A stretch of 64,000 bases of DNA from an uncultured Planctomycetaceae bacterium. GTDB taxonomy: Bacteria > Planctomycetota > Planctomycetia > Planctomycetales > Planctomycetaceae. A program made the translations under genes and the position numbers. This document shows positions 18,969 through 30,300 of the stretch, piece after piece. Numbering within the stretch: the stretch's first letter is position 1; each line of letters starts with the position of its first letter. The stretch is from the NCBI GenBank assembly GCA_963976765.1, contig CAXBME010000006.1, positions 186,001 to 250,000 of the forward strand. The letters are read 5' to 3'. A model generated the notes under the pieces. That model was not told where the DNA came from, made no database searches, and saw only the letters and a list, made by a program, of their open reading frames with translations.

Positions 18969-20165
18969 ATGTTCACCAGAATCCTCATTCCTTGCCTGCT
19001 CGCTTTGATTTCGGTCGGCCCAGCTTTTTCACGAGCCGCCGAGCCGAATCGAAATATCATCCGCCGGGGTTCTTACACGAACTCGCAGATTAAGTTCGAG
19101 CGGGAGCAGAAAGGGCACGTCGCTTTCATCGGCGGGTCGATCACCGAGATGAACGGTTACCGCCCGATGGTCTGTGAAGATCTGCAGAAGCGGTATCCCG
19201 ATACAGATTTCACCTTCACCGCTGCCGGCATCTCGTCGACGTGTTCCACGACCGGAGCGTTTCGGCTGAACCGGGATGTCCTTTCGAAAGGGCCGGTCGA
19301 TCTGTTCTTTATCGAGTTCGCCGTAAACGACGATCAGGACGCCGGCCACGCACGCCGGGAATGCATCCGAGGCATGGAAGGCATCATCCGACAATGTCGA
19401 AACCACAACCCGAACATGGACATCGTCGTCACATATTTTGTGAACCCCGGCATGCTCGAAATGATCCAGGCCGGCAAGACTCCGGTCTCGATGGGAAGTC
19501 ACACGGAAGTCCTTGAGCATTACGACGTGTCGACGATTCATCTGGCTCGCGAAGCCGCCGACAGGATCACCGCCGGAACGCTCACCTGGAAAGAGTACGG
19601 CGGGACACACCCTAAGCCGCCAGGAAACCGCATCGGCGCTGACATGATTCAGACGTTGCTCGGCGACGCCTGGTCGAAGTCTCTGGATCCGTCAGCCAGG
19701 TTGACAGCCCATCCGACTCCTGAAAAACCGTTGGATAAAGGCAGCTATTCCAATGGGCATTTTCAGGCTTTGGAAACGGCATCGACCGGCGACGGCTGGA
19801 AAGTTCACACGCCGGACTGGAAGAACATTTCGGGGGGCAAGCGGGAACGTTTTACAAACATCCCACTCCTCTGCGCGACGGAGCCCGGTTCAGAAACAAC
19901 GATCAACTTCAACGGACAGGCCATCGGTGCGTTCGTCGTCGCCGGCCCGGACGCTGGCATCGTTGAAGCCAGTATCGACGACGGAGCGTTCAGGAAAGTC
20001 GACCTGTTCCACCAGTTCAGTAAGGGGCTCCACTATCCCAGAACGGTCATGTTCGCCGCCGACCTCCCCGAAGGCGACCACACGCTGAAACTCCGCATCA
20101 GCGATGCCGCCCACAAGGACAGCACGGGACACGCTGCGAGAATTATTCAGTTTGCCGTGAACTAA
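18969..20165 (+). CDS. Secreted SGNH/GDSL hydrolase with C-terminal beta-sandwich domain
   Basis: Signal peptide, FIGGSIT, EFAVND, GTHP. Confidence 0.88.
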   Translation: MFTRILIPCLLALISVGPAFSRAAEPNRNIIRRGSYTNSQIKFEREQKGHVAFIGGSITEMNGYRPMVCEDLQKRYPDTDFTFTAAGISSTCSTTGAFRLNRDVLSKGPVDLFFIEFAVNDDQDAGHARRECIRGMEGIIRQCRNHNPNMDIVVTYFVNPGMLEMIQAGKTPVSMGSHTEVLEHYDVSTIHLAREAADRITAGTLTWKEYGGTHPKPPGNRIGADMIQTLLGDAWSKSLDPSARLTAHPTPEKPLDKGSYSNGHFQALETASTGDGWKVHTPDWKNISGGKRERFTNIPLLCATEPGSETTINFNGQAIGAFVVAGPDAGIVEASIDDGAFRKVDLFHQFSKGLHYPRTVMFAADLPEGDHTLKLRISDAAHKDSTGHAARIIQFAVN

Positions 20166-20235
20166 ATAAGTGTTCGCCGGATGTATCCTTTGTTCTATGC
20201 TGGCGGGAGATTTCTCATCGACGCCGTGAACGACC

Positions 20236-20791
20236 ATGTCCACGGCGACGCCACCCGAAGTTCGACAATTGGTGACGGCAGAATCGTTGCTTGAAAACCA
20301 TCCGCAACAGCGATGCGAACTTATAGGGGGAGGTTCGGCTGACGTCGCCAGCAGGTAGCGAACATGGATCAATCGTCAGTTGCCTCACAGTCAGAATCGG
20401 TCTTTGCGTTGAACAAGGTCAGCTGGGGCACTTTCTGCGTGCCGAGACCGGCTTCGTTATCCAACGGGACCCTGACACCGTCCGGGCTCCCGATATCGCG
20501 TTTGTCGCGGCAGACCGAGTGGCAGACTGTCTGCCAACCCAGTTCTTCCCGGGGCAGCCAGACCTGGCTGTCGAATTTCTTTCGCCGAGTGACACAGCAT
20601 CCGAAGTTCAGGAGAAAGCCGAAGCGTGGCTTAACTCCGGGTACCGCGAAGTCTGGCTGATCGAACCGCGACGAAAGGCAGCGACTCGATTAACGCCGGC
20701 TGAAGGCAGCATCATTCAGCAGACCGTTGAAACGCTGACCACTGATTTACTGCCCGGTTCTTCGCTGGCCGCTGCCGAGCTATTCAAATAG
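20236..20791 (+). pseudogene. Frameshifted Uma2-family (PD-(D/E)XK) endonuclease
   Basis: MSTATPPEVRQLVTAE...RCELIG in one frame continues as EVRLTSPAGSEHG...AETGF...PDTVRAPDIAFV...PDLAVEFLSPSD...VWLIEP in another; the shift lies in the G5 run at 20326-20330. Confidence 0.85.
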
Positions 20792-20799
20792 CCGTGTGA

Positions 20800-21906
20800 T
20801 TACTCAGGCAGCGTCCGATTCCTGTTCTGGTTGGCGGCGGCGATGGATTGATTCGCTGATGAAGATTCACCTGAGCCGGGCACCGCAACGTACAGACCCA
20901 ATGCGACCAGACACTCAGCGGACAGCGATGCCAGGCGGTAGAGTCCGGCGGCGGCAACGGCAACCGGGCCTCCGATTGACGGAGCCAGCAAGGTGATGAT
21001 CAGCCCTTCTCGCACGGCCAGGCCGCCTGGTGCAAAGACCGCAAAGAAGCCAATCGATGTTCCAGCGGCGGCGGCGGCGGTCGAGATGATCCACGCATCG
21101 AGGGTCATCACGTCGGGATCCATCGACCTCAGGACAAGAAGCAGGCTCAGGCCATGCCCCGCCCACGACAGCGCGAACATCAGCGACGCGGCGACGAGAA
21201 ATTGCCAGGTCAATCTGCCGATCGCTGAATCGGTCAATTCGTCATTGCCGGGTTTCTGGAAGTCCGATTTTTCCTGCGCCGCTGCATTCTGCTGAGCCGA
21301 TTTCAGTCGAGATCGCTTTTCAACCATGCGTGCGATTTTGACGAAGATCCAGTTGGCAGGAACGGCGACGACCGGCATCGCCAGCACCAGAATCGCGACG
21401 GCGATCAACAGGCGAGTCCACGATGTGGACTCGCGCGGTACGGTTTCGGAGATCCACTCTGGAAGAGCATCAGGCGGGATGATCGTTGCGGCAAAGACGA
21501 CCGTCACGACACAGCCGACAAGCATCACGGCTCCGGCCTCGACCATCGACGCGATGCTGGCTCGCACAAACGACACACCGTGTTTTCTGACAAGTGCCGA
21601 CCGAATCAGAATCACCGCAGCCTTCCCAGGAACGTACTTGCCCAGTGACCCGCAGAAGTAGGCTCGGATCAGCGGGTAGCGTTCAAGATTCCTTTCGCCG
21701 AGCAGTTCGATCAGCCGTTGCCAGAACCAGGTCGATGGCAGCCAACTCAGTTGCGACATCAGCCCGGCCGCGACGAGATACTTCCAGTCAAACTGAACGT
21801 CGATCTTGCGGTTGGCATCCCAAAGTTGTTGAGCCTGAGTCGCGACGTACCAGAGCACCAGCAGAAACAGTCCCCAGCGAAGCAGCCCGACACCCACCGA
21901 CTTCAT
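20800..21906 (-). CDS. Lysylphosphatidylglycerol synthase TM-domain (YbhN/flippase-like) membrane protein
   Basis: LGKYVPGK and PGGLAVREG motifs, many TMs; start may extend to 21930. Confidence 0.85.
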   Translation of the reverse strand: MKSVGVGLLRWGLFLLVLWYVATQAQQLWDANRKIDVQFDWKYLVAAGLMSQLSWLPSTWFWQRLIELLGERNLERYPLIRAYFCGSLGKYVPGKAAVILIRSALVRKHGVSFVRASIASMVEAGAVMLVGCVVTVVFAATIIPPDALPEWISETVPRESTSWTRLLIAVAILVLAMPVVAVPANWIFVKIARMVEKRSRLKSAQQNAAAQEKSDFQKPGNDELTDSAIGRLTWQFLVAASLMFALSWAGHGLSLLLVLRSMDPDVMTLDAWIISTAAAAAGTSIGFFAVFAPGGLAVREGLIITLLAPSIGGPVAVAAAGLYRLASLSAECLVALGLYVAVPGSGESSSANQSIAAANQNRNRTLPE

Positions 21907-22047
21907 TCTGGCTGCAGAATCTGAGATCACTGGTTGCCTCGAAAAACTTGACGGATGTTGCTTGCGATGGATGCTTGTCGGCAGGCGAAGGCTCATTTTG
22001 CCAGCCAGCCTGCTGTTCAAATCGGGAAGTTAATCCGGGACAATTCT

Positions 22048-22410
22048 TTATTCCGATGGTTCGTTGTGCAGTTGCTGAAACCGGCGGCGAAAGGCGTACA
22101 GGACGAAGACACCTTCAAAGAATTCAAAAACCAGACCGGCGACAAGACATGCAGGTCCCCACGCCACGGCGTCCAGAACCCAGCCTTCGTGCTCAATCGA
22201 TCGCCGGATATCCGCTCCGAATTTCGTTTGAGGGTGCATGACTTCGTTGCATCCAGCAATCAGCGCAACGACCAGAATGATCGTCGCGAGATACCACATG
22301 AGGTACGTCGGCAACGAGATTTCTTTGACACCGTAAAGGCGAATTGTGACGGGCTGGTGAAATCGAACCCGGTCGATGTCTCGAACGCGACTCTCTGCGC
22401 CTTTACTCAT
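22048..22410 (-). CDS. Small hypothetical membrane protein
   Basis: Two hydrophobic segments; GGAG RBS; co-oriented with its neighbours. Confidence 0.65.
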   Translation of the reverse strand: MSKGAESRVRDIDRVRFHQPVTIRLYGVKEISLPTYLMWYLATIILVVALIAGCNEVMHPQTKFGADIRRSIEHEGWVLDAVAWGPACLVAGLVFEFFEGVFVLYAFRRRFQQLHNEPSE

Positions 22411-22454
22411 CGAACTTGCTCCTGCCAGGTTTCACCGGCGAGGCCGCCGGTCGA

Positions 22455-23762
22455 TCAGACTTCAGGAAGTTGCCACGGATCACGGTACGTCTTTGTCAGA
22501 AGCAGGTTCGCTTCGGCGTCGTTCCCAAACGACTGAGAGTCGCTGTCAAAGCGGACTTCGCGATTCAGCCGCCACGCAATGTTGCCCAGGTGGCAGAGCG
22601 TTGTACTTTGATGTCCGATCTCGATGTCGGCGTTCGGTCGGTGGCGGGTTCTGACGCAGTTGATGAAATTCCGCAGGTGGGAGTTGAGCTGGTCGCTGGT
22701 GTCAGAGTTTAATCGCTCTTTCGAGTCGTACACTTTCCAGCCGCTTCGATCGACAACGAGCGTGCCTTTTTCACCGTGGAACGATACTCCGGAACCGCGA
22801 CCTTCCAGACCGTGGTTGCTCCATAGCCGATGCTCCCACAGGATCGTGTGACGCGGATAGTGGAACGTGGCAGCCAGCGTGTCGGGCAATTCCTGACCGC
22901 TTTTGAAAACGTAGTTCCCCCCCGAAGCGCTGACTCGTTCCGGGAGATCCAGCTTCAGTCCCCACCGGGCAACGTCGAGCAGATGCACTCCCCAGTTGCC
23001 GAGTTCGCCGATTCCGTATTCGCTGAACCATTGCCAGTGATGGTGGAAGCGGTGGACATTAAACGGTCGCTGCGCGGAGGGTCCGAGCCAGAGGTCGTAG
23101 TCGACTCCTTGCGGCACTGCCTCATCGGCCTTTTTGCTGAACGTTTTCCGAGACTGAGCAACCCAGGCTTTGGCAAGTCGGACCTCGCCGAGCTTGCCGT
23201 TTTGGACCAGTTCAACCGCCGACTGAAAATGCAAGCCGCTACGTTGCTGCAGACCGGTCTGCATGACTCGATCGTTCTGGCGAGCTGCTTTGATCAGACG
23301 CTGCCCTTCTTCGACCGTGTGCGAGACTGGCTTTTCGAGATAGACATCCTTGCCAGCCTGAGCGGCCATGATGCCCATGATGGCATGCCAGTGGTCAGGC
23401 GTTGCAATGGCGACGGCATCAACCTGAGGATCGTCCAGTACGTTTCGGAAGTCAGACTCCCAGCGAGGAGCGGTTTCCTGCGCATCCAGTACGCTTGTCA
23501 TTGCGGCAGACTGAAGGCTCGAATCGACGTCGCACAGCGAGACAACATTCACATCCGGCATCCTGGCGAATGCTGATGCCAGGTTTCGGCCCTGATTGCG
23601 GACGCCCAGAATGCCAACTCGGACCGGGCTGCTTTTGTCAGCTTTCGCAACGGTCGATGACAGACCGACCATGCCAGCAGCGACTCCGGCGGCGTTCTGA
23701 GCACTTCGTCCCAGAAACTGGCGGCGGCTGAGGTCGCGTCGAAGGGCTTCGGCATTCTTCAT
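22455..23762 (-). CDS. Gfo/Idh/MocA oxidoreductase with Tat signal
   Basis: SRRQFL, IATPDHWH, YLEKP, DYDLWLGP, WGVHLLD. Confidence 0.93.
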   Translation of the reverse strand: MKNAEALRRDLSRRQFLGRSAQNAAGVAAGMVGLSSTVAKADKSSPVRVGILGVRNQGRNLASAFARMPDVNVVSLCDVDSSLQSAAMTSVLDAQETAPRWESDFRNVLDDPQVDAVAIATPDHWHAIMGIMAAQAGKDVYLEKPVSHTVEEGQRLIKAARQNDRVMQTGLQQRSGLHFQSAVELVQNGKLGEVRLAKAWVAQSRKTFSKKADEAVPQGVDYDLWLGPSAQRPFNVHRFHHHWQWFSEYGIGELGNWGVHLLDVARWGLKLDLPERVSASGGNYVFKSGQELPDTLAATFHYPRHTILWEHRLWSNHGLEGRGSGVSFHGEKGTLVVDRSGWKVYDSKERLNSDTSDQLNSHLRNFINCVRTRHRPNADIEIGHQSTTLCHLGNIAWRLNREVRFDSDSQSFGNDAEANLLLTKTYRDPWQLPEV

Positions 23763-23897
23763 GGCGGGTGCCTGAGTTGAACGATTGGTGGGATGAGAGT
23801 TGGGGTAAGAACGGCCAGCATACCAGAATCTGAGCGGGAAAGTCGCCTGATTTCGGCAACTGAAACCGACGGGGCAGATTCTCGAAAACAGGCCTGC

Positions 23898-23925
23898 TCG
23901 ACCGGCAACGAAGGCTCGCTATAAT
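23898..23925 (+). promoter_or_regulatory. Putative sigma70 promoter for def-comEC
   Basis: TCGACC-N16-TATAAT. Confidence 0.45.
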
Positions 23926-23999
23926 CGGCAGCCCGTTTTCAGCCCCATTTAATTTCGTTGCTTCAGTAGCGATAACCGCAGATCGAAAGACACGCTCTC

Positions 24000-24653
24000 A
24001 TGGAGATTGTTAAGTACGGACATCCCGCTCTGAGGTGGAAAGCGAAAGAACTGACGGAACTCACGCCGGATTTCAAAGCGACGGTCCGCGCGATGTTCGA
24101 TCTGATGTACGAAGCTCGTGGAATCGGGCTGGCCGCGACTCAGGTGGGGCTTCCGTATCGATTCTTCGTGGTCAATACGACCGCCGACCCCAAAGAGACT
24201 GAGGAAGAACTGGTTTTTATTAATCCGGAAATCATCCGAAAAAAAGGTAACGCCGAAGCCGAGGAAGGGTGTCTGAGCCTGCCGGAACTTTACGGTCAGG
24301 TCGCCAGAGCCGAAGAAATCGTGCTGGAAGCCTACGACATTGATGGTCAGGGTTTTGAAATGGAGTGCTCGGAGATCCTTGCACGAGTCATTCAGCATGA
24401 GAACGATCATCTCGACGGCGTGCTCTTCATCGATCGCATGAGGCCGGACGAAGTCGAGGAATTACAGGCGAATATCGACGACATTGAAACTCAGTTTCGC
24501 CAGACGCAGGCCGCCGGGACGACCGCTTCTGACGAGAAGCTGAAAGAGCAGCTCGCTCAAATGGAGAAGACATTCGAGTTTCCGATCAAGGCAGCATCAG
24601 GTGGCAGCGCAGGCACCGACGAAGAAGACGACGTCGCGGATGATGACGAATGA
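24000..24653 (+). CDS. def: Peptide deformylase
   Basis: GIGLAATQVG, EGCLS, QHENDHLDG. Confidence 0.97.
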   Translation: MEIVKYGHPALRWKAKELTELTPDFKATVRAMFDLMYEARGIGLAATQVGLPYRFFVVNTTADPKETEEELVFINPEIIRKKGNAEAEEGCLSLPELYGQVARAEEIVLEAYDIDGQGFEMECSEILARVIQHENDHLDGVLFIDRMRPDEVEELQANIDDIETQFRQTQAAGTTASDEKLKEQLAQMEKTFEFPIKAASGGSAGTDEEDDVADDDE

Positions 24654-24703
24654 TGACGTGACTCAACTTGCGTCGTAACGATTAGTTCCGGGCCGACTGA
24701 TTT

Positions 24704-27322
24704 TTGCGAGGGCAGCTTTTGGACGAAACTTCGTCAGTGGAAGCGGTTGATGAAGCAATCGCTCTGGATGCGGGCTGGGCATCGCCGCCAGTACCAGATC
24801 AAGTCGATTCGGATGATCTACAGCCATCTCTGAGTTCATTTGGACGACTGCCAGCGGCGACGATCGTACTCGGAATGGCTACCGGAGTACTGTGCGACCG
24901 TTTTGGCAGCTGGTCGTCCGATATCTTACTTGCTGGCTTTGCTGCTGCGTGCCTGGTCTGGGCAGCGGCGCAGGCTCTGCAGCGAATGCGAGTCGCCGCC
25001 GTTCTGGTTGTCGCGATTTCGGCGATTGCTGGCGCGATTTACCACCACCATGTCTGGCATCGTCTTCCGTCCAGAGACATCGCTCCCCTGCTCTCTCCCC
25101 AGCCCGTTCTGATTCGCTGCGAGGGTGTCGTTGCGTCGCCGCCGGTTGTGACACCTCCGAGAGAGAACCCGTTCAATCCGCAGCTGCCACCTCAATCGTC
25201 GACTCAGTTTGAGCTTGCTGTTGAAAATCTCGATGTTCGAAATGGACGACGGTCAGTTTCCGGACGGCTTCAGATCGTCGTCGACGGAATCGTGGAAGGA
25301 GTCCATGTCGGCAATCGTGTCGATATCCAGGGATGGAGTCAGTCGAACCGGCCATTGCGAAATCCTGGTGGATTTGACGATGCCGCTTTCAATCGAAGCA
25401 AGGGACTGAGAGGCATCGTTCGAGTCAGCAGTTCGGAATTGGTCAGCATCACGGATTCTGGCGAGCCGATTTTCCAACGGTTCCGACGAATACTTCGCCA
25501 ACGAGCAGAATCGGTGCTGGAGTCGGCGATTCATGCCGACGTCAGGCCAGTTGCTGATGCCATGCTGCTGGGTGATCGCTCACTGCTGCCCCGAGAAGTG
25601 CGAACCGTGTTTGTTGAAAGTGGCACAGTGCATCTTCTGGCGATTTCCGGATTGCACATTGGCATTCTGATGATGTTTCTGCTGGCGATCGGTCGAATGC
25701 TGCGGCTGTCCAGCAGGCATTCAATTCTTCTGGCAATGGTCGTTCTCTTCATCTATCTGCAGGTTGCTGATTGCCGGCCACCGATGATACGAGCCTTCGT
25801 AATTATTGCGATCTGGAGTGTCGGACGGCTGGTGCGTCGTTCTGCCTTCTCGGCTAACAGTCTCGCGATCGCTGCAATCGTCCTGCTTGGCCTGAATCCG
25901 ACGAGCCTTTTCGACGTCGGAACTCAATTGTCGTTCCTGGCGGTTGCGGTCATCGTCTGGCTGACGTCGTTAGGGCGACTGTCGAATGGTGAACCCGATG
26001 TGGCTGCCTTGTCAGATTCTGATGCCAGGACTACGAACGGCTCGGCAGCAATTTCCGAGGCGGTCCAGCGTCCGTGGGTCAGATCGCTCAAATCGTTTGG
26101 GAAAAAGATCGGAGCGATGTGGCTTGTGTCGGGCAGCATCTGGCTGATTTCAGCTCCGCTTGTCATTTCCGTTTTCAACGTGGTCTCACCAGCGGGGCTG
26201 GTTATCAACGTTCTGCTGATTCCCGTGGTCGGTATCGGATTATGTTCAGGCTTTGCGGCGATTCTGCTTGGTGTCTTTTCGCAGACAATCGCATGGCCGT
26301 TCGCATGGGTGTTCGGCTGGTTTCTTGAACTGCTTATTGCGACGATCGATCTGGCCGCTTCGATTGAACTCGGACATGCCTACGTCCCGGAACCTCCAGA
26401 CTGGTGGCTGGTCGTTTTCTATACGGCAGTTGCGATGGCCATGCTGGCGACAACGCTGAAGCGTCGACCGGCACGGGGCTGGATTGTTGTCGGTGTATGG
26501 ACCATGTTTGGGCTGACATGGCTGCCAGCAGATCGCGAAGAAGGATCGCTTCGCTGCACCGTGCTGTCAGTGGGACACGGTTTGTCAATGATCGTTGAAA
26601 CTCCGTCAGGCGGGACGCTGGTGTACGACGTTGGCAGCCGTGCCGGCGGTGAGTTGTCATCAAGGGTTTTGAAAGAAGCTTTGTGGGCTCGCGGGATCTC
26701 AAAGGTCAACGCGTTGATCGTCTCTCATTCAGACGTCGATCATTACAACGGTGTGCTGGACCTGCTGGAGTCACTGCCTGTCGGCAGCATTCTTTGCTCG
26801 CGTCATTTCCCGGATTCTCGTCAACCGCTCACATTGAAGACGTTAGACCGGGCAGAAGAACTGGGTGTTTTGCCGTCGTTCATTGCGCAAGGCGACAGGC
26901 TGAGTCTCGATGACGCAGTGACAATGAGAATCCTTCAACCGGCCGCAGCGACGTCTTACGATTCTGACAATGCAGCGAGTGTCGTCCTGGAAATCGAATT
27001 TCAAGGGCGGCGAATCCTGCTGACCGGAGATCTCGACGAAGTCGGCCTGGAAGAACTTCTTAAACAGCCGGCAAGGAAGGTGGATGTCCTGCTGGCTCCT
27101 CATCATGGGTCGACAGCTGCGAATCCGGCTGAACTTGCCGCCTGGGCAAGCCCGACTTTCGTGATCGCCAGCGCGCCGACACCGTCATATCAGAAACAGC
27201 TGGAGTTAACCTACGGCCACGAAACCCACGTCGTGACCACCTCAGATTCCGGAGCCGTCACCGCAACGATTTCCCGCCACGGGGAGTTGGACTTCGAACC
27301 GTTCGTGAACGCTGCGAGGTAG
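24704..27322 (+). CDS. comEC: DNA internalization competence protein ComEC/Rec2
   Basis: NPGGFD, HLLAISGLH, QLSF, VGHG, metallo-beta-lactamase SHSDVDH, LLTGD, PHHGS. Confidence 0.93.
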   Translation: MRGQLLDETSSVEAVDEAIALDAGWASPPVPDQVDSDDLQPSLSSFGRLPAATIVLGMATGVLCDRFGSWSSDILLAGFAAACLVWAAAQALQRMRVAAVLVVAISAIAGAIYHHHVWHRLPSRDIAPLLSPQPVLIRCEGVVASPPVVTPPRENPFNPQLPPQSSTQFELAVENLDVRNGRRSVSGRLQIVVDGIVEGVHVGNRVDIQGWSQSNRPLRNPGGFDDAAFNRSKGLRGIVRVSSSELVSITDSGEPIFQRFRRILRQRAESVLESAIHADVRPVADAMLLGDRSLLPREVRTVFVESGTVHLLAISGLHIGILMMFLLAIGRMLRLSSRHSILLAMVVLFIYLQVADCRPPMIRAFVIIAIWSVGRLVRRSAFSANSLAIAAIVLLGLNPTSLFDVGTQLSFLAVAVIVWLTSLGRLSNGEPDVAALSDSDARTTNGSAAISEAVQRPWVRSLKSFGKKIGAMWLVSGSIWLISAPLVISVFNVVSPAGLVINVLLIPVVGIGLCSGFAAILLGVFSQTIAWPFAWVFGWFLELLIATIDLAASIELGHAYVPEPPDWWLVVFYTAVAMAMLATTLKRRPARGWIVVGVWTMFGLTWLPADREEGSLRCTVLSVGHGLSMIVETPSGGTLVYDVGSRAGGELSSRVLKEALWARGISKVNALIVSHSDVDHYNGVLDLLESLPVGSILCSRHFPDSRQPLTLKTLDRAEELGVLPSFIAQGDRLSLDDAVTMRILQPAAATSYDSDNAASVVLEIEFQGRRILLTGDLDEVGLEELLKQPARKVDVLLAPHHGSTAANPAELAAWASPTFVIASAPTPSYQKQLELTYGHETHVVTTSDSGAVTATISRHGELDFEPFVNAAR

Positions 27323-27343
27323 TGTCGACGAACGCTGTTTACC

Positions 27344-30300
27344 TCACAGCTTTGCCTTCCTCTTCAGTTGCCGAAGTTTTGCCTCGCCGCCCCGGTTGAT
27401 CTCCAGGACGAAGCGGACCAGATCAAGGAACTCGGCGCGATCTTTGAGCGACCTGGCGAGACCGGCAGGCATTGTCGACAGCTTCGACTCGACCATCTCA
27501 TCAATGCTGTCGATGGCAACATCAACCAGCTTTCCTTTCTGTGCAGCAATGCTCAGTGTGAGTTTTTCGTCGTTTCGATCGACCAGGTATCCAGACAGAA
27601 CGGCACCTTCGTCAGTAATAACCGTCACCGATTGGAAGCCTTTAAGAATCGATTCGGATGGTTTCAGAATCGATTCGAGGAGAAATTCCTCAGTCGCCTG
27701 CTTCCGGGACACAGTCAGCTTTGGCCCCAGCTGGAAGTCCGATTTAGCATCGTGGCAGTTACCACAGGCTGTTTTTTCCTGGTAGAAAATCTTTGCTCCG
27801 TTGGTTGCATCACCCTGTTTCCAGGCGTCACTGACGAGTGTTGTTAGAGACTCCGCCAGCAGATCCTGCTCCAGCTTGTGATTCTGCGATTCGTCTTCGA
27901 CCAGCGGTGGGCGACTTCCTTCCGGGAAAGGATGCATCTCGATCAGTTCTTCCGGGCTGTAGAACCGACGTCGGCCTTTGGTGGCGGCTCGAACCCGTTC
28001 GACCTCCTCGGGTGAAATTGCGCTGGAGTCGTTGCCCCAGCTGTTGCGAACGTAGGTCAGAACCCCGGCGATTTCCGCATCGGTAAACATGTTGCCGATT
28101 GCGGTCATGGGAGGAACGCCAAGCGCCGACTCATACACTTTTCCGCGAACCTGAATCTTTCCCCAGATCCCGTGCAGCGTCAGCTTGATGAGCCGTTCGG
28201 GATCACCGTTGGCCCATTCGCTTCCAACCAGTGGCGGGTAAATTCGAACGATCCCTTCGCCGTGATCCCGGTGGCAGGTAAAGCACGAACCTTCCTCATA
28301 GAAGACACGCTGACCAAGGTCGTAGGCTCGAACGAATGCCTTATCCTTGAACTTCGGAGATTTCGTGCGGTAGTTCTTTGGCTTCATGGCGCCTTCGAGT
28401 TTTCCAGCCAGCAGTTTCTCGTAATCAATTGAGAGACTCTCTGGATCAAACCCGTTCCTGACCAGATTTTCGATCTCCGGTTTGATCAGCAGCGTCGCGC
28501 TGTTTAACGCGTTGCGGATCCAGGCGTCAGTCTTCTGCGAGGCGACCGTCAACAGAATTTCGGCAGCGAATTCACCACCGAGCCACGATCCCGCTGATAG
28601 CGCTTCCAGCCGGACTCGTGAATGCTCATCCGTGGCGGCTCGCAGCAGGTACTCTTCGGGATGGTCCAGGAGATGGAGACAGTGTCGGACAACCCGCACC
28701 GCCGCTGAGCGGACTCGGTGATCCTTTGCGGACAGGCACTGTTCGAGCAACTCTTCAGACGGAGCCTGCTGGCCCCAGGTTGCCCACAGTGCTTCGAGAA
28801 CCAGTCGCTCATCATTCGAATTCTGCTTCGCAAATTGTAGAGCCGCCGCAATGACGGCTTCTTTGTCGCGGCCACGAAGTTCACGATGAGATCGTTTGCG
28901 AGCGTTGAGTTCTGGCAGCTTCATATTTTCAAACAGTTGCTCAATGTCCGCTCCCGCGATGGCAGGTGGATCAACGAGCGGGCTTGCGGAATGCTTGATC
29001 CGGTAAATTCGTCCATATTCGGAATTCCGCAGCGGATCACGCGCGCTGTGCTGCATGTGCCCGATCAGCGTGTTGTGCCAGTCGATGAAATAGAGGCTTC
29101 CATCCGGAGCCACTTCCAGATCGCATGGTCGAAAATTTCCATCGGACGACTGGATCAGATCCTGCCGAAACTTACCTTTGATCTCAGAGCCATCTTCAAG
29201 TGTCTGAAGCTCCTTGATTCCCAGAAACCCGATCGAGTTGGTGTAGACGTAGTCGCCCTGAACTTCGTCAGGAAAATGTCGCGAGTGGATAAACTCGGCG
29301 CCGGAAGTCGGTCGTGAGTGATGCTCGTAATTGAACTTTCCGACTTTCGCGACCTCGCTCGCATGCGGAATCTTGATCGAGTAGCCCAACATCCAGTAGT
29401 GGTTTCCGCCCGAAGCATCATTGACAAACGTTTGACCGTACTCGTCGTGAGCAACGCCCCACGGGTTCGACACGTCAGTCTGCATGACTCGTTCCAGCTT
29501 CCACGATGCGGGATCGAAGCGCCAGACACCCCCGTCGGTCATGCGTTGCGGCCCCCACGGAGTTTCGACCTGAGAGTGCAGGAAGCGTCCTTCGCACATA
29601 TAGATACCGTTGCCGTTATCCACGTCGAAAGCCGAAATCGCGTGATGGGTATCGTGCGGGTCGAAGCCGTCCAGCAGGTATTCCGTCTTGTCCGCCCGGT
29701 CGTCGCCGTCGGTATCTTTCAAAAGAACGAGGAACGGTTCCTGAGAGAGGTAAACGCCTTCGGGAGCCAGTTCAAAACCGATCGGCATGTGCAGACCGTC
29801 GGCAAACACGGTCTCTTTATCAGCGCGACCGTCGCCGTCGGTGTCCTCATAAATAAGGAGCATGTCGTTCGGTTTGGAGTCGCCCGGTTTGTAGTGTGGA
29901 TAGCTGGGCAGCGTGGACACCCAGAGCCGTCCGCGATTGTCAAATCGCATCTGGCAGGCGTTGCCGAGATTCGGAAACTGCTGCTCGGAAGCGAAGAGCG
30001 AGGCTTCGTAGCCTTCCGGAAGCGTGAACGTCGACAGGGCTTCCTTCTCTGTTTTGAGGAAGTTTGTCGAGCCATTCTTCTCACTGACCTGATAGTTGGT
30101 TTCGACTGGCGTCAGGTCACGCGTGGCTGAATCGTCAACCTGAATCGTCGCAGACTTGCCTTGAGCGATCGCCCAGATGTTCTGGTCGCGCAGAACCGTC
30201 ATCTGACGGATTTTTTCGATCTCTTCCGGGTAGTTGAAGTTTCCATACGGAGCCCAGCGCTGACCGTAAGCATGAACGCCGTTGAGCATCCGATAGTCGT

